58,122 nt of DNA from contig MHDC01000023.1 of the NCBI GenBank assembly GCA_001803415.1, forward strand, positions 1 to 58,122, read 5' to 3'. The notes under the pieces are model-generated. The model did not search any database. It saw nothing but the letters and a program-made list of their open reading frames with translations, and was not told where the DNA came from. The position numbers and the translations under genes are program-made. Source of the DNA: Microgenomates group bacterium RBG_16_45_19 (lineage in GTDB: Bacteria; Patescibacteriota; Microgenomatia; UBA1400; RBG-16-45-19). Shown one piece after another: positions 55,044-58,122 of the stretch. Numbering within the stretch: the stretch's first letter is position 1; every line of letters starts with the position of its first letter.

Positions 55044-55927
55044 AGGTAGAGTACACCCGGACCGGGGATGAATTGAAGCTCCAGGGCATGCATTACGCGC
55101 CTAAGAAAAAGGAGGTGGGGGTGGTGTTTGTCCACGGCATGAGCGGGAATTTTGTTGAAAACGATTATGCAGACGTGATGGGTAAAACATTGGCAAAGAA
55201 TGGCATTGGTTATATCTATGGGCATAATCGGGGATATGGGCATATCAACGATATCGTCCGGGGAAAGCCAAAACCGACGGGCGACAACGAATCATCGAGG
55301 CAAGGAGCCTGGTATGAAAGCTTTAGCCACTGTCCCAAAGATATCGATGCCTGGATTAACCAGGCCGTGGCGTTAGGCTATAAAAAATTAATTGTCATCG
55401 GTCATAGTTTGGGGTGCTCGAAAGTAATTTATTGGTGGCAAAAGACGAAATGGGAAAAGAAAGTGGTGGGAGTAGGCCTAGTGTCGCCTGTGGATATGGT
55501 GGGGTCAACCATGACGCAATTTACCCCCAAAGAATTTGAGGGATTAATTGAGGAAGCCAAGGCACTAATGGCCAAAGGCAAATACACGAATCTGTTATCA
55601 AAGCCCTTTGATAATGGTTGGTATAACTTAAGCGCCAATACGTTTATGGAGGAAATGGTCTCCCACTGCCCGGCTGATGTCTTGCCCATTTACCAGCCGG
55701 AAAACAAGTTTGAGGCGCTGGCAAAAATTAAGGTACCAATATTAATGCTGTATGGCGACCATGAGCTAAATAAAGATACGGCAGTAGAAGATTTGGCACT
55801 TTTAAAGAAGAAGGCTACTAGTTCGGCCAAAGTGGAGACAAAGATAATTGCCCAAGCCAACCACAGTTATGAAGGCCAAGAAGTGAGGCTTTCAAAAACG
55901 ATTTTGAAGTGGATAAAAACTTTATGA
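55028..55927 (+). CDS. Alpha/beta hydrolase (DUF1749-like)
   Basis: VFVHG, HNRG, GHSLG elbow, YGD, ANHSY. Confidence 0.85.
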   Translation: MDYRLKVEYTRTGDELKLQGMHYAPKKKEVGVVFVHGMSGNFVENDYADVMGKTLAKNGIGYIYGHNRGYGHINDIVRGKPKPTGDNESSRQGAWYESFSHCPKDIDAWINQAVALGYKKLIVIGHSLGCSKVIYWWQKTKWEKKVVGVGLVSPVDMVGSTMTQFTPKEFEGLIEEAKALMAKGKYTNLLSKPFDNGWYNLSANTFMEEMVSHCPADVLPIYQPENKFEALAKIKVPILMLYGDHELNKDTAVEDLALLKKKATSSAKVETKIIAQANHSYEGQEVRLSKTILKWIKTL

Positions 55928-56292
55928 ATGTTGAGGTTGTATTGAAGGAACTGGGTCAAAAATTTCCGGGCGAGAAGATATTTAGGAACGATGAGAAACA
56001 GCCAACGGAAATTATTTGTGAAATTGAGCCGACAAGTGAACACCCAGAATATTCGGTGGCAGTAGCGGTAATTGATCGGTCAGCCCCCCACTTTCATCAT
56101 AAGACAGAAGAAGTTTATGAGGTGTTAAAGGGTGAGCTAGATCTTTATATTGATGGTAAACAGCTGAAACTTAAAAAGGGCGAGAAATATACGATAAAGC
56201 CAGGAATAAAGCATTGTGCCGTTGGTCAGGAAACCTGGATTAAGGTGACAGCCCGGCCGGGATGGAAAATTGAGGATCATATTTTGATATGA
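55924..56292 (+). CDS. Cupin-domain protein
   Basis: PHFHHKTEEVYEVLKG, IKPGIKH; ATGA overlap with the upstream gene. Confidence 0.85.
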   Translation: MNVEVVLKELGQKFPGEKIFRNDEKQPTEIICEIEPTSEHPEYSVAVAVIDRSAPHFHHKTEEVYEVLKGELDLYIDGKQLKLKKGEKYTIKPGIKHCAVGQETWIKVTARPGWKIEDHILI

Positions 56293-56930
56293 ATAGGCAC
56301 ACCATAAAAGCCATTTTGTTTGATTATGATGACACGCTAGTGAAGTCGAGAGAGTCGGTATGGCAGGCACATAAACAGACGGCGAAGACATACTATGATT
56401 TTGAATTGACTGATGAAATGATTGGGAGACATTGGGGTAAGCCGTACCCGGAAATGCTGGTGGGAGTATACCGGAACCTGGAACCATATGATCAAATCCA
56501 CCAAAAGTACATGGCAGTCAGAGTCAACTTTCCCATGAAGGCACATGATGAAAGTGTTGGCGTACTGAACCAACTACTGGATAATTATACGGTGGGGATT
56601 GTCACGGCTGCCAACCGGCAATTGATTGAATTGGATTTGCAGAGGTTAAATTTCCCGGTGGAGAGGATGGCTTTAATCCAAACGGCGGATGATACCACCG
56701 TACATAAACCGGACCCTAAAGTATTCGATCAGGCTTTAAAAAAACTGGCTAAAAAGCGGATTAAACCTACTGAGGTACTGTATGTGGGTGATGACTTGAG
56801 TGATTACCAAGCAGCGAGTGGTGCAGGATTGCAGTTTGTGGGAATAGTCAGGAATGGCATCAATCCGTTTGAGAATTATCAGATCAAAATAATCAACAGT
56901 TTGAAAAAGTTGGTGGAGATACATGATTAG
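56289..56930 (+). CDS. HAD-family hydrolase, subfamily IA
   Basis: FDYDDTL, IVT, HKPDP, YVGD...D; ATGA overlap. Confidence 0.9.
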   Translation: MNRHTIKAILFDYDDTLVKSRESVWQAHKQTAKTYYDFELTDEMIGRHWGKPYPEMLVGVYRNLEPYDQIHQKYMAVRVNFPMKAHDESVGVLNQLLDNYTVGIVTAANRQLIELDLQRLNFPVERMALIQTADDTTVHKPDPKVFDQALKKLAKKRIKPTEVLYVGDDLSDYQAASGAGLQFVGIVRNGINPFENYQIKIINSLKKLVEIHD

Positions 56931-57366
56931 TAAGGATTACATGAGGTTGGCAATACATGAGGCAAAGAAATCTACCCAACCTATCCGCTGTGGCTGTGTA
57001 ATCGTCAAAGGCGATCAACTTCTGGCTGCGGCGTACAATTCCCAACATGATGACTCCGATCCTACCGCTCATGCTGAAATTAAAGCCATACGCGAGGCTG
57101 GAAAGCAGCATGGCCGTGGCTCGCTTAAAAATGCTACCGTTTACTGCACTTGTGAACCTTGCGTTATGTGTTTGGCGGCCTTGAGTATTGCAGGGATTTC
57201 TAAACTATTTTACGCTGTACCTCTCAAGAAAGTATTCGAAAAAGATAATATAATCCCAATCAGCCCACAGACATTCAACCGTGCTACGCCATGGAAGTTC
57301 GATACGATCAAGACGATTCATCGTAATATGTGTTTTAAAGCGCTCTATGAAGAATCAAGTGATTAA
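56923..57366 (+). CDS. Zn-dependent nucleoside/nucleobase deaminase (CDA superfamily)
   Basis: DPTAHAE and CEPCVMC. Confidence 0.9.
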   Translation: MISKDYMRLAIHEAKKSTQPIRCGCVIVKGDQLLAAAYNSQHDDSDPTAHAEIKAIREAGKQHGRGSLKNATVYCTCEPCVMCLAALSIAGISKLFYAVPLKKVFEKDNIIPISPQTFNRATPWKFDTIKTIHRNMCFKALYEESSD

Positions 57367-57766
57367 GCTCGCCGGTTGCATTATTCAAGACCAGAATGGC
57401 AAAATACTGCTGTTGCACCGTGATAACGGTAAGCGAAAACAATGGGAAACTCCGGGGGGGAAAGTGGAACCCGGGGAATCGCCGAAGCAGACGGCGGTTC
57501 GGGAAATTTATGAGGAATTGGGGGTGAAAGTAGTGTTGATTAAGAAGGTTGGTAAGGCAGCGTTTGAAGAAAATGAGCGGCAGTTCCAGTACATTTGGTT
57601 CCAAGCGAAAATTAATGAGGGATCACCGGCTATCCAAGAACCACAGACCTTCACCGCATGCCGCTATTTTACCTGGGATGAGATTAGCTCTATGTACGAA
57701 AAACTTTCTGCCAACACCAAGAATTTAGCGCGCACTTTTCAAGATAATAATATTACGCTTACCTAA
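57347..57766 (+). CDS. NUDIX hydrolase (MutT-like)
   Basis: Full NUDIX box PGGKVEPGESPKQTAVREIYEELG. Confidence 0.92.
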   Translation: MKNQVIKLAGCIIQDQNGKILLLHRDNGKRKQWETPGGKVEPGESPKQTAVREIYEELGVKVVLIKKVGKAAFEENERQFQYIWFQAKINEGSPAIQEPQTFTACRYFTWDEISSMYEKLSANTKNLARTFQDNNITLT

Positions 57767-57772
57767 TTCCAA

Positions 57773-58060
57773 ATGACTCAAACCAAAATCCTATTAATTG
57801 GTGCCATGGATAAAGAAATCGCCGGGCTGATCGAATTTTATAAGTGCCACTTAGACTCCACGCTACATTCCCAATACCCACTATTTGTTAACGAATCTAA
57901 ATCAATTTTTGTTCTCCAAACCTATGTCGGTGATACCAATGCGGCTATCGCGACGACACTCGCTCTTAATCATTTTAATCAGGACATAATTATCAAGATT
58001 GGCTGTGTCGGCGGCAACAGTGCCGACGTAACCATTCAGGATTTAACAAAGGGGATTTGA
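57773..58060 (+). pseudogene. mtnN: Truncated MTA/SAH nucleosidase-like gene (N-terminal 95 aa only)
   Basis: IGAMDKE, VGDTNAA, IIKIGCVGG; stops right after the IxD motif, whereas the family is usually about 230 aa. Confidence 0.7.
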
Positions 58061-58086
58061 CATTCCCTCAAGATCCAGGTTAGACT
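58057..58086 (+). promoter_or_regulatory. Candidate sigma70 promoter for a downstream gene
   Basis: TTGACA (58057-58062), 18 bp, TAGACT (58081-58086). Confidence 0.45.
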
Positions 58087-58122
58087 GAATGTCCTGATGA
58101 ATCTGCCCTTAAATCAGTCTTT

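Noticed and set aside
56923-57366. tadA assignment
   Set aside because: Has the generic HAE/PCxxC motifs but lacks the EVPVGA and DxKxGA TadA features; left as a generic deaminase.
1-58122. tRNA, rRNA, tmRNA, integrase or transposase
   Set aside because: No T-loop/acceptor-stem pattern or recombinase/transposase motif was recognised by eye; a tRNAscan or Infernal run would be needed to exclude them fully.

Overview
Chromosomal segment of about 60 mostly intact, tightly packed genes. By inference it belongs to a Patescibacteria/CPR (Microgenomates-like) bacterium: short HrcA, Zn-finger-less DnaJ, epmA-efp pair, PEGA-SH3, GH39, many glycosyltransferases and few SD sites. No rRNA, tRNA, CRISPR array or transposase was found. 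Housekeeping blocks: hrcA-grpE-dnaK-dnaJ with a variant CIRCE, two FemABX ligases, a GldA/GldF-G/DUF4340-type ABC module, epmA-efp, a UvrD-nuclease with rmuC, metG and tatD. Surface-glycan loci include a GT-C/CE4/GT2/small ORF/GH18 operon resembling pga/ica systems. The 46-58 kb region is variable, with two Fic-wHTH genes, a PemK/RHH toxin-antitoxin pair, a decayed exonuclease-UvrC-like gene and a nucleotide-catabolism-like operon. Signals outside the ORF track: (1) a 1,256-bp Fic unit bounded by 145-bp diverged direct repeats with mostly synonymous differences in both overlapping genes; (2) an unlisted 45-aa membrane ORF coupled to the GH18 gene; (3) a threonine-aldolase remnant ending in a perfect palindrome; (4) a CysRS C-terminal domain fused to a peptidase-S51 fold; (5) heptamer arrays inside tatD; (6) a dispersed CACCCC-N-GGGGTG palindrome; (7) REP-like hairpins; (8) a widespread -10 box 6-10 nt before start codons, suggesting leaderless mRNAs. 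All family calls come from motif reading, not database searches.
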